In this document: positions 1 to 10,311 of the stretch, in pieces
Numbering within the stretch: position 1 is the first letter of the stretch
How the letters are laid out: each line of letters starts with the position of its first letter
Source: Octopus bimaculoides
Lineage: Eukaryota
DNA length: 35,008 bases
Reading direction: 5' to 3'
NCBI RefSeq assembly: GCF_001194135.2
Contig: NC_068981.1
Span: forward strand, 77,249,305-77,284,312
Notes under the pieces: model-generated
The model's input: the letters and a program-made list of their open reading frames with translations, nothing else
What the model was told of the DNA's origin: nothing
Database searches by the model: none
Program-made: the position numbers and the translations under genes

Positions 1-857
1 GCGTTGGGGTGTTGGTCGAGGGCCATCCTCACAGCCAAAACGTTGGTTGCGCTGCCAGTTGTAAGTGCCTCTTCTAGTTACTTAACTAAGTCTCCCTCTA
101 CTCTATTTCGATCTATCGCTAGTGCTTTACTAAACTTAATAGATTTCGATTTAATTGCCATTTTCAGGGCAGACCACCAGCGGTTGTTAACGATGGCTCT
201 TGTTAACGCCCTCTTAATTAATTCGCTAATCCGGTTCCTGTAAGCCTGCCACGCTAAGAGCGAAGCGTTCAGTTTCCAGTAACCGGGACCCTGCCTATGT
301 GTCTTATCTAAGTCGAGCGTACACGTCACAAACTTGTGATGTGTGTAGCTAACTATTTTAAATTGTGGACATCCTACACTATCTCTATCCGCTGTCCTAC
401 ATAGAACTCTATCTAGATACAATCTCAACGATCCGACGCGGTTTGTCCAAGTCCACGTTGGCACGTGCCATCCTTGCTACATTCACCCATCTTTTTTTGA
501 AGCATTCACTAGACAAGACTTCCCTTTCTACTCTCAACTTCCTCTTCAGGTGATACTTGAAGAAGTTGATGAGAGATTGCCCAGAGAGGAAAGTCTTTGT
601 CTCTAGACCTTTCAGACGCGTCCACCATACACATTCTTTCGCCATAGCCACAAGTACGATGAAAATAGCTCTTCCTTCCCGTTTAAAGGAAGGAGGCGCG
701 ACAATATTCACGATAGACTCGGCTGATAGACCGACTCGTCCCACACGCGATAGCAGTTGTTCGACGTAAGCCCACAGCTCGGAAATGGTGGGACACTGTA
801 CGAGTGCGTGCAGAACGGTTTCGTCGCTCTGCCGGCATCTCGGACAGGTCGGCCCCG
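1..857 (-). mobile_element. L1/Tx1-like LINE ORF2 remnant, rearranged (C-terminal zinc-finger region followed by endonuclease C-terminal part); runs off window start
   Basis: Minus-strand translation gives CPRCRQSDETVLHALVQC (ORF2 C-terminal CCHC) through KKRWVNVARMAR, then TWTWTNRVGS..YLDR and GPGYWKLNASLL (AP-endonuclease end). The same GYWKLN motif is in the LINE at ~15570. Confidence 0.85.
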
Positions 858-889
858 TAGATAGATAGATAGATATTTAGATAGATATT

Positions 890-960
<71 letters not shown>
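858..960. repeat. (TAGA)n microsatellite
   Basis: Directly visible; abuts the 5'-truncated end of the LINE. Confidence 0.95.
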
Positions 961-2442
961 TTAAACGTTATAGAATTCTTTTACATATTTTCCAGATTTA
1001 TATTTCTGCAGCGAACAACAACAACTGCACGCATACACTATTCACTTGCACTCACACAAGCACTGCTCGTATAAACGTTTGCGCGCGCACACATGCTGGT
1101 ATGAGTGTATGTGTGTCCGTTTTCCCGTGGTCTTTTGCTGCAGATCTATGAGTCCTGAGAAATTATGAGCAAATCCTATAACATTTATCTCTGAAAATGG
1201 CAATTGTAATATAGGTCGGATGAAACAACAGTTATTATTAAAACCCAAAGTGTGAACAAGTCTACGTTTGCCAGTAACGTTATTCTACCCAAAGAATTAC
1301 AACTGATCTATATATAAATATGAACGAAACAAACAATGGAAAATATATATCAAAGAAACATCACAACACAATATGAGGAGAAAGAGTGAAGAACAAAGCA
1401 TTCAAGAAATGGCGACCAAATGTATCCAACGTACAAATGTCACTCTGAACATAATGTACGAATACACAATTGAACATAATGTGTATAAATGAATAAAGTG
1501 TATAAATGAAAATAACGACTGTACAGTTGTAAAACTGAACATATTACCAAGAGTCGATTCTCAATGTTTCTATATTCACACTGTAATATTCGGAGAAATC
1601 TCCTACGAAACGAACAAATCAAATAGTTATGGTATAAATATTGACATATCGAAGTGAGCTGCGGCCTGTAAGCATAATATAATGTACATGGAAAAAGGAG
1701 TGTTATCACATTCTAGCTTTTCAAAGGACATTAACTGCGTCAGTGAAGAGAACTTCTATGAATTGAAAATCGAAACGATGCGTGGTTTTCACTCACTAGA
1801 AGCTTATGTTTTGATCTCGAAATGTGAAACTACTGGAAATGCTCCAAATACAATACTATCTTATAATTATAGTTTTCTACGGTAAACTACATGAATGACT
1901 CTACACTTCTACTCAAATATCTGCGGTCCATCAGAGACTACGCTATTTGTTTATGGTCCTTCGATTTTTCAAATGACACAAAATTAAATATAGAAGTGGA
2001 TCATAACAGAATGCACTTAAGCAATCTCCCTCAAACCATTTACAAAATGAAACTAATGAAAGACAAATTAGACATCGCAATTGTAGTTTATTGCCACAAC
2101 AATTTCCATCCAACACATTGTCTCTATTAAAAAGTCAATCACTTGGAAAAGCTTTTGTCACTTTCAAAGTATTACAGAGCACCACTTCAATAGCATTCGA
2201 GTTATGAGAATTCTTTCTACGTTAACAGACAACCATCTAGAAATAGTAACCAAATCTCCTTCAAATTACAAATGTTGTACATAAAAAGGACACTGGATAT
2301 GATGATTCTAGATGAGTTAACCTAAATAAGATAACATTTTTAACGAAGGGAATTCTTTGTTTGGAGTTATGGTCACCCAGGTCTAACATGGGATTAGGCA
2401 AAAACATCAACAACAATTGTAACACTATATTTGGAACATTAC

Positions 2443-2536
2443 CTCTCCCTTCCAATGTAGGCACAAGCAGGAACACAGACACAAAAAATAGTAAAGGTAT
2501 CAATGAACTGGCCACGAAGGTTGTACTGAGACGCAT
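2443..2536 (-). CDS. Candidate first coding exon encoding a signal peptide (MRLSTTFVASSLIPLLFFVSVFLLVPTLEGR, phase-1 donor)
   Basis: AG acceptor at 2541-2542, 4 nt of UTR, ATG at 2536, 31 codons with a hydrophobic core, donor GAG|GTAATG at 2443/2442. No homolog recognised. Confidence 0.45.
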
Positions 2537-2680
2537 GTCACTACAGATGCATGCACAAGAACAGCAACATTTGCAACTTTTTACCTCTATAGCAATAATC
2601 CGAATGTAGATTTATACAGAAATAGATCCAACGATGAGGAAATGCTCAAAACCGCAACGTACCAAATTGCCACTAATTAC

Positions 2681-2684
<4 letters not shown>

Positions 2685-2733
<49 letters not shown>

Positions 2734-2766
2734 ACAGGAGGGCGGTAGGGAGAGAGAGAGATGGAT

Positions 2767-2803
<37 letters not shown>

Positions 2804-2812
2804 GAGAGAGAG
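2685..2812. repeat. (GA)n microsatellite, interrupted
   Basis: Directly visible. Confidence 0.95.
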
Positions 2813-2835
2813 TTAAAAAGTGAGCTCTGATTCTC

Positions 2836-2868
2836 TGGCTGATTTGCACTACCACTACTACTTATATA
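2836..2868 (-). promoter_or_regulatory. Candidate TATA box (TATATAAG, 2868-2861) and Inr-like TCAGCC (+1 at 2840)
   Basis: TATA starts 28 nt upstream of the Inr A. Downstream donor TTG|GTACGT at 2663/2662 defines a 122-nt intron ending at the signal-peptide exon. Confidence 0.4.
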
Positions 2869-3170
2869 AAAAGTATATTACATAATAATACATTAAATCT
2901 ACAGCGGGCTGTTTAGCACTCAGCCGGAGTGTTGGGGGATGTGGGTCTGAGTGACATGGTTGTTTGTTGACAATTTTCTCCGCTCTGTAAGGGATATTTA
3001 CCCAGTGTTTCTACTCTTCTAACAGCACCTCTGCGTTCGAAAAGAAAAAAAACAACTTCTTTTCTATATCGTTAGTTAGTTTATATTTATACACATACAT
3101 ACAAATACACACACATATTTACATACATATATGTATAAATACACATGTATATATGTATGTCTCTATGTAT

Positions 3171-3582
3171 GCATCCAAGCATGGCTGCGTGATAAGAAGC
3201 TTGCTTCCCAACCACGTGGTTCCAGTTTCCGCCTCACTGCATGGCACCTTGGCCAAGTAGCTTCTGCTATAGCCTCGGGCTGACCAAAGCCTTGTGAGTG
3301 AATTTGGTAGACGGAAATTAAAAGAACCCTCTCGTGTAATATATATGTATATATATTTATGTGTGTGTGTGTCTTTGTGTCTGTGATTGTCAACCCCACC
3401 ATCGCTTGACAATCGATGTTAGTGTGTTTATGTCCCCGAAACTTGACGGTTCGGCAAAAGAGGTCGATAGAAGAAGCACTAGACGTACAAAGAATTATTC
3501 CTGGGATCGATTTCTTCGATTAAAGGCTGTGCTCCAGCATGGCCGCAGTCAAATGACTGAAACGTGTAAAAGAGTAAAAGAG
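3171..3582 (+). mobile_element. tRNA-derived SINE, family A (tRNA head, CORE-like segment, internal TA/TG microsatellite, GTAAAAGA tail)
   Basis: Homologous along its length to the minus-strand copies at 25026-25341 and 30124-30552. Degenerate A/B boxes; CACCTTGGCCAAGT is CORE-like. Confidence 0.85.
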
Positions 3583-3837
3583 CACACACGCGCGCTCGCG
3601 CGCGTGTGTGTTGATATTTGCGTCGCTATATCTCTTACAAGCTCAAAAACACACACATAGCGTTTCGGAAGCGGTGTCATTCATTCAGTATCATTGCATC
3701 CGAACGCTCAGAGAATACTTTACCACGTATGAAACTTTAGATAATGCAGTTATGAGTCAACTGGTTAATTCACATATCAAGCCTTGATGACATGTTTTGA
3801 TTGATTAGTCTTTCATTAATCTTCCTGTCTGATTATA

Positions 3838-4401
3838 CAGGTTGTTCAAACAGTCTCTCGCAGAGTAAGTATTATATCGCAAAATAAATATTTATTTACG
3901 ATTGTATAAGACTACAAAAGAATATATTAGACTTTACAAGTCTTTAAAAAACTTTATAAGAGGTTTTGAAAGTGTTGTCCTTTATTTTCAATACATAAGT
4001 TGACTCTTCTACACAAATTTTGAAATACATCTTGGAGAGTCTGACGCAGTATGGACCGTGTGAAGGCTATGATTGCGTTTTTTTTAGTTCATTAATGGTT
4101 TTCGAGCCTATGTTTCTAGATTTTCTTATCATATCCCGCACAGTGTCACGATGTGGAACAACAGTATTTGGAAAAGTTTCACTGAACTTCCGTTTCACAT
4201 TATCTGTGTATTTGTTTCCAGCCCGAAACACCCATTCACCTAAAAACGTACGTTCTTTAATGGTTTGTATGACGACACGCTGAAGGGTACACAATGACTG
4301 AGGGACAATGGTTGACATCCTGCCAGCCATGCAATGATAGCCAAGTTGCGCATGCGCAGGATGAAAAACATTCACTGCGGAGCAACGTTTTGAACACCCT
4401 G
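3838..4401 (-). mobile_element. Internally deleted Tc1/mariner-superfamily element (DUF4817-type N-terminal HTH)
   Basis: 13-bp TIRs CAGGTTGTTCAAA / CAGGGTGTTCAAA (12/13 match) flanked by TA on both sides. N-terminus ERTFLGEWVFR..VKRKFSETFPNTVVPHRDTVRDMIRK is joined to C-terminus LQDVFQNLCRRVNLCIENKGQHFQNLL*; the DDE core is missing. Confidence 0.85.
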
Positions 4402-4759
4402 TATGCATTCGTGTATGCTTACATGCTTCTTTGAGATTTATTTATTTATTATCGTTCCTTCGAAGAATTCAGGCTGGTCACAAACAGTGTGACAAGTTTC
4501 ATTTGTTTAAATGAAGACAGCTCTTGAGGTTTGTGAGTATCTTAATTGGCTGACGTATGCATATGTGTGTGTGTGTGTGTGTATTGCGCATATGTGTATG
4601 CGTATAATTGTGCAACTAAGTTCGTCTAGAAGCATCATACTTCTACTCAAATGTATTTGGAGAATGCAAATTAGTCTACTCTAAACGAAACTATGATCTT
4701 GGATGCGTGCAATATTCTAACGAATAGGCGCGAGTCCTAGTGTCTGTATGTATGTGCTT

Positions 4760-4784
4760 ACACACACAAACACACACACACACA

Positions 4785-4830
<46 letters not shown>
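4760..4830. repeat. (CA)n microsatellite
   Basis: Directly visible. Confidence 0.95.
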
Positions 4831-4836
<6 letters not shown>

Positions 4837-4892
4837 TGTTTTTTCTAGATTTTTATGCAGATCATATATCTACGTATGTGTACATGTATATA

Positions 4893-5116
4893 GTGGAGGC
4901 GCGTGGCTTAGTTGTTAGGGTGAGGACTCATGATCATAAGAATGTGGTTTCGATTCCTAGACCGGGCGACACTTCATTTCACGTTGCTCCAGTCTACTCA
5001 ACTGGCAAAAATGTATAATCTTGCGACTGATCGGCGTCCCGTCCAGGTGGGGAATATACACGACACTGAAACCGGGTAACCGGTTTTTATGTGCCTGGCG
5101 TGGCTCGAGAAGGAAA
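4893..5116 (+). mobile_element. tRNA-derived SINE, family B (OR2-like; partly deleted CORE-like segment, V-domain-like 3' part) followed by (TATG)n
   Basis: A box TGGCTTAGTTG, B box GGTTTCGATTCC; head homologous to the SINE at 22472. GCGACTGATCGGCGTCCCGTCCAGG resembles the V-SINE domain. Family and domain names are from memory. Confidence 0.75.
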
Positions 5117-5797
5117 CATATTTTTATTGGCATGTTTTATGTTTGTATGTATGTATGTATGTATGTATGTTTGTATGTATGTATGTATGTATTATACATG
5201 CATTCATCCATGAATGCATATAAGTATGTTTAAATATTTTGCTGTAAATCGACGAAAGACAAAACGAAGCTCTCCGAGTTACAGATATAGACATTCCCCT
5301 GTCATAGTCACCATCATAAATGCAGAGATTCGGTGACTGCTTCGTAGCAAAGCTGTAAATAAACGACAAAAATGTGATGTAAGTTATATAAATAGTTAGA
5401 TAAAAATATCAAGAATTCTTATATTTTGCAGACTCAACATAGAAAGAATTAAATTTCTAACGAGTTGACTTTGTAAGATGACTAGGGGGTTTCAAAATTT
5501 AAATGACATTGAGAAGAGTATGAAAGTCAAAACTTCCCATTTTTCCGTCTTCTAAAATATATGCTCACGAAACAGGTACGACCAACGAAGAAACCACTAC
5601 TTGGTGGCTTTACTCAACTTGCTAGAACTAGCCGCCGAATCTCCTTCAAGTCACACTATAACGGCATAGAAAATTACACAGTAGTGTGGTTCTGTCTTCC
5701 TTGTAGACAGGAAAAAGACGGGGTGGTCACGGATAGAGTTTAGTTGATGAGAGTCTGCCCAATAAGTCTTCACGGAAGTCCACGCAATAGCAGTATA

Positions 5798-6011
5798 CGA
5801 GATGCTGAAAGGTTCCTGGCTTTGAGTAAAAGAAAATATAGGAGGATCAATTAATTATGATTTTATTCAAAGTATCTTCCTCTCAGATTCACAATCTTAA
5901 TTGCAGCGTTCCTTCAGTTTTTCTAAGCCCTGTAAAAGAACGCAGAATTTTGGGTCTCCAACCGAGATTTCACGCTATCCTTAAAGCCAGGAAATTTTCA
6001 GCTACACCTTG
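5798..6011 (-). mobile_element. Mariner-derived MITE (~214 bp)
   Basis: Imperfect TIRs (GCTGAAAGGTTCCTGGCTTT / AAAGCCAGGAAATTTTCAGC) flanked by TA at 5796-5797 and 6012-6013. The interior on minus resembles a mariner transposase C-terminus (LQGLEKLKERCN). Confidence 0.75.
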
Positions 6012-7217
6012 TAAGCAACAACGACCGAGCACAAAATGTAATTTGACGAATATTTCCTGCAGTAGATAAATTCCTGATGAATTAAGTCTACTACCATATT
6101 TTTATTCCAATACAAAAGACAATGTAAACATTTTCTATAGAATTTAACTCAACTGTGACATTGAAACACTTCCTTTTGGCAAGGTTTCAATGTCACAGCG
6201 CCCCAGCTCGTCTTCCAACAAAAATATTAATTTATCTTGCTTAGTGCAAGCAAACCATATCTATAAATATCTGGAGAGCACCACAGAGCAAGAAACTAGC
6301 TTGTGTTGAGCAGTTGGAAATGCAGTTTTCAATCTTGTATGAAAGGAATTTCATCAAACTGCCAGGGATCCTTCGTTTCTTCTTTGACCTCCCAGTTTCA
6401 GACTGGGTTCTAAGGACGTTGTCATGAAATACTGCGTTTCCTAGGCATCCAAATTTGGTAGCGAACTGACCATAGCCAATCCCTTCTAGATATAAAGATA
6501 ATGGAGAGAAATAGAGCAAGAGACTGAGAAAGACAGACAGACACAGAAACAGACAAAGAGAAACGAATTAGAGAAGAACAATGGACGTCAATACTAGCTT
6601 GATACTCAATTTATAGAACTCGAAAGTCTTAGGGGAAGTGTTGACGTTTAGATTAGCTGACACTTTCATGACCTCGCCGATTTGAGGTTATCGTGAATAT
6701 TACGTCGAAACGATGCTCTTCTATAATAATGTATATCAATATTCTAAGTATTTCTGTTTTTTTAACATCATGAGAGTATAATTGGTCCTTAATGTATCTG
6801 TAAGTCTGCCGATTGGCTAGTAGTTCATAGCTTGCCCAATTGGTATTACTAAATTTCAAACAGCGCTAACTAAATACATTGAACGGTTTAAGTATCTTAC
6901 AGTAGCTCTTTAAAATTAAGGAGTCGTCGTTGGCCTGTGGAGTAGATGTCAAATTATTATCCGAGAAAAGTTTGCTTCAGCAAACAGATTGGCGACTTAA
7001 GCAGGAGTATAGCACGCCATGATGCTAATCCGATGTAGTGACATTTCAATATAACCAATCGCATACATTGCGTAACTTTTCATGGTGAAACATATTGGCG
7101 CAGTGGCGTTAGAAACGGAATGGTATCGAGACAAGTGTAACTAATAATAAAGATATGGTAATTCATTCTTCATCTACTTATATGCATATACATACATACA
7201 TACATACATATACATAT

Positions 7218-7799
7218 NNNNNNNNNNNNNNNNNNNNNNNNNNNNNNNNNNNNNNNNNNNNNNNNNNNNNNNNNNNNNNNNNNNNNNNNNNNNNNNNNNN
7301 NNNNNNNNNNNNNNNNNNNNNNNNNNNNNNNNNNNNNNNNNNNNNNNNNNNNNNNNNNNNNNNNNNNNNNNNNNNNNNNNNNNNNNNNNNNNNNNNNNNN
7401 NNNNNNNNNNNNNNNNNNNNNNNNNNNNNNNNNNNNNNNNNNNNNNNNNNNNNNNNNNNNNNNNNNNNNNNNNNNNNNNNNNNNNNNNNNNNNNNNNNNN
7501 NNNNNNNNNNNNNNNNNNNNNNNNNNNNNNNNNNNNNNNNNNNNNNNNNNNNNNNNNNNNNNNNNNNNNNNNNNNNNNNNNNNNNNNNNNNNNNNNNNNN
7601 NNNNNNNNNNNNNNNNNNNNNNNNNNNNNNNNNNNNNNNNNNNNNNNNNNNNNNNNNNNNNNNNNNNNNNNNNNNNNNNNNNNNNNNNNNNNNNNNNNNN
7701 NNNNNNNNNNNNNNNNNNNNNNNNNNNNNNNNNNNNNNNNNNNNNNNNNNNNNNNNNNNNNNNNNNNNNNNNNNNNNNNNNNNNNNNNNNNNNNNNNNN
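7218..7799. other. Assembly gap (N run) flanked by TA/TACA repeats
   Basis: N run. Confidence 0.99.
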
Positions 7800-8417
7800 T
7801 ATATATACATTCGTGTGTGTGTGTGTGCTTTTTACAGTATCGGCTTTATCAATAAGGAAAATAGCAACGTTTAACCCATCAAATACTTCTTTGTGGAGTT
7901 ATTTACAGATGGAGACAGTGGAGACAGACAGTCTCTGTGCTGCGTGGAAATGTATGTCGTTGATAGAATATTTTATTTCAAGATATGTAACACAGTTAGC
8001 ATTTTAATGCAAGCTGCTAGAAATAGGAACTTAAGCTGTATGTCACTTGGTAAGGAAAATGTCAGTCATCTCGTAAACGTAGATAATGACACTAATTCTT
8101 TTTTGATATTTCCAGAAAACGTATTTTATTTCATTCTTTTTTGTCATTCATTAATGCTATTTACTCCTAATCCTTATCAGAAAGGGCAATAGCCACCCCC
8201 ATTGTTGTTTATTTTTGTTTATTATTTTATTATTATTGCCATAGTTACTAGTGTGGTAGATTGGCAAAAACGTAAGTCACCGGCTAAATGTCCTGCTCTG
8301 TTTTGCTGACCTATATTATTTTACGTTCGAATTCCTCTCTTCCTACTTTTTCTTCACTTCCCACAATCGAAATAATCGACTACATGACTTCCTTATAGTC
8401 GTATAATATCGTATCAT

Positions 8418-8463
<46 letters not shown>

Positions 8464-8533
8464 TATGACAGAAGTAAATAGACTCTCTTATAATCGTTAA
8501 CATTTATTTAAACCTGAAATTACACATTCAAAA

Positions 8534-9110
8534 TTATTTAGAAAATATACCCTTTGCATTTTTCAATGCAAGTAGCCTATTAGGCATGCTACTGATCAGA
8601 CGACGAATATTCTCTTGATGAATTTCTTGCCAAGTTTCACACAGTAATCTCAAAAGATCTGGCTTTGAGTAAACTTTGTTGTTCTTTTTATGAAGTGACC
8701 TGTCTATTATGCCCCAGACGTGTTCAATAGAGTTCATATATGTTGACTGGCTTAGTCATGGAAGCTTTTTAATGCCATTCTAATCCAACCAATCTTGGAT
8801 CTTTTTAGCTGTGTGACAAGGAGCCCCCATCTTCCATAAATAAAAATCATTTTTAAACGTTTCGCCACTGGAGAAGATTGGAAGGAGTCCTTTCTGCAAT
8901 ATAGACGCATTTATCAGGGTTTATGTTTTCCTAACACTCCACCAGCTCTGACCGACTACTGCTCCAAATTACTCCTCAAACCATCACAAAATAACCACTG
9001 TGTTTTATTGATGGCTGCAAACTTTTCACGTCAAATACTTGATCACAAAGTCTCCAGACCCACACTTAACCATTGTCAGAAAATACATCAAATCTGGACT
9101 CTATATAAAT
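8534..9110 (-). pseudogene. Tc1-family transposase remnant (C-terminal half of the DDE domain)
   Basis: Degenerate QDGAPCHT-like motif (~8815-8835), then SQSTYMNSIEHVW (cf. PSQSPDLNPIEHVW) and RRLISSMPNRLLALKNAKG; stops and frameshifts. Confidence 0.85.
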
Positions 9111-9124
9111 TATTTACATTAGAT

Positions 9125-9230
9125 GGATAATTGTCCTCATCTTGTTTGTTGTTAACACAACGCTTCGGCTGATATACCCTCCAGCCTTCATGAGGTGTCT
9201 TGGGGAAATTTCGAACCTGGGTTCTCAAGT
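9125..9230 (-). mobile_element. 3' terminal segment of the Penelope-like element, separated from its body by the Dong insertion
   Basis: Continues the PLE at 10609-11230 across a duplicated TCAAGT and contains a hammerhead-like motif typical of PLE termini. Confidence 0.65.
9154..9199 (-). ncRNA. Degenerate minimal type-I hammerhead ribozyme
   Basis: Minus strand: GACAC-CTCATGA-A-GGCTG(GAGGGTATAT)CAGCC-GAAG-CGTT-GTGTT. Stem I GACAC/GTGTT, 5-bp stem II; both core boxes are one base from CUGAUGA and GAAA. Confidence 0.65.
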
Positions 9231-9249
9231 TATTATTATTATTATTATT
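9230..9249. repeat. (TAT)n tract at the 3' end of the Dong-like element
   Basis: Directly visible. Confidence 0.95.
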
Positions 9250-9458
9250 GTTCAGTAGTTTTATTTTTATAACGTGCTTTCACTTCACTACCGAGCGCAG
9301 CTCTGTGCGCCTTGGGTATGTGCTGTGGTTTGCTGTGGTGCTCTTATGTTTACTGTATTGAAAGTGTTTTGCGTAGAATGTGTGCAGTACCCAGTAGTGC
9401 AATTTTCTGTATGTTATATATATTTGTAAGTCCTGGTGTTTTTGTTATGTATTTGTCT

Positions 9459-10259
9459 NNNNNNNNNNNNNNNNNNNNNNNNNNNNNNNNNNNNNNNNNN
9501 NNNNNNNNNNNNNNNNNNNNNNNNNNNNNNNNNNNNNNNNNNNNNNNNNNNNNNNNNNNNNNNNNNNNNNNNNNNNNNNNNNNNNNNNNNNNNNNNNNNN
9601 NNNNNNNNNNNNNNNNNNNNNNNNNNNNNNNNNNNNNNNNNNNNNNNNNNNNNNNNNNNNNNNNNNNNNNNNNNNNNNNNNNNNNNNNNNNNNNNNNNNN
9701 NNNNNNNNNNNNNNNNNNNNNNNNNNNNNNNNNNNNNNNNNNNNNNNNNNNNNNNNNNNNNNNNNNNNNNNNNNNNNNNNNNNNNNNNNNNNNNNNNNNN
9801 NNNNNNNNNNNNNNNNNNNNNNNNNNNNNNNNNNNNNNNNNNNNNNNNNNNNNNNNNNNNNNNNNNNNNNNNNNNNNNNNNNNNNNNNNNNNNNNNNNNN
9901 NNNNNNNNNNNNNNNNNNNNNNNNNNNNNNNNNNNNNNNNNNNNNNNNNNNNNNNNNNNNNNNNNNNNNNNNNNNNNNNNNNNNNNNNNNNNNNNNNNNN
10001 NNNNNNNNNNNNNNNNNNNNNNNNNNNNNNNNNNNNNNNNNNNNNNNNNNNNNNNNNNNNNNNNNNNNNNNNNNNNNNNNNNNNNNNNNNNNNNNNNNNN
10101 NNNNNNNNNNNNNNNNNNNNNNNNNNNNNNNNNNNNNNNNNNNNNNNNNNNNNNNNNNNNNNNNNNNNNNNNNNNNNNNNNNNNNNNNNNNNNNNNNNNN
10201 NNNNNNNNNNNNNNNNNNNNNNNNNNNNNNNNNNNNNNNNNNNNNNNNNNNNNNNNNNN
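9459..10259. other. Assembly gap (N run)
   Basis: N run. Confidence 0.99.
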
Positions 10260-10311
10260 CTTCTTCTTCTTCTTCTTCTTCTTCTTCTTCTTCTTCTTCT
10301 TCTTCTTCTTC
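10260..10311. repeat. (CTT)n / (GAA)n tract inside the Dong-like ORF
   Basis: Directly visible; reads as poly-Glu in frame with the element ORF. Confidence 0.95.

Noticed and set aside
1042-1190. Neuropeptide-like product with GKR and RKR sites if spliced to the signal exon
   Set aside because: The frame runs through CA/GT-repeat-derived sequence and the join is one of several equally possible; mentioned only as an option.
2642-5369. Low-complexity ORFs (RERE, LSLS, HTHT, YVCM)
   Set aside because: Translations of dinucleotide and tetranucleotide repeats.
5560-5760. Probable additional interspersed repeat fragment
   Set aside because: Looks familiar from cephalopod DNA, but there is no second copy, TSD or terminal motif in the window to support a call.
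6241-6519. 92-aa minus ORF with a pyrimidine-rich acceptor-like start
   Set aside because: The pyrimidine tract is a degenerate GA/GACA repeat; no convincing donor or recognisable domain.
7873-8056. Two AG..GT-bounded segments on plus
   Set aside because: No consistent frame or recognisable peptide; at the background rate for pseudo-exons.
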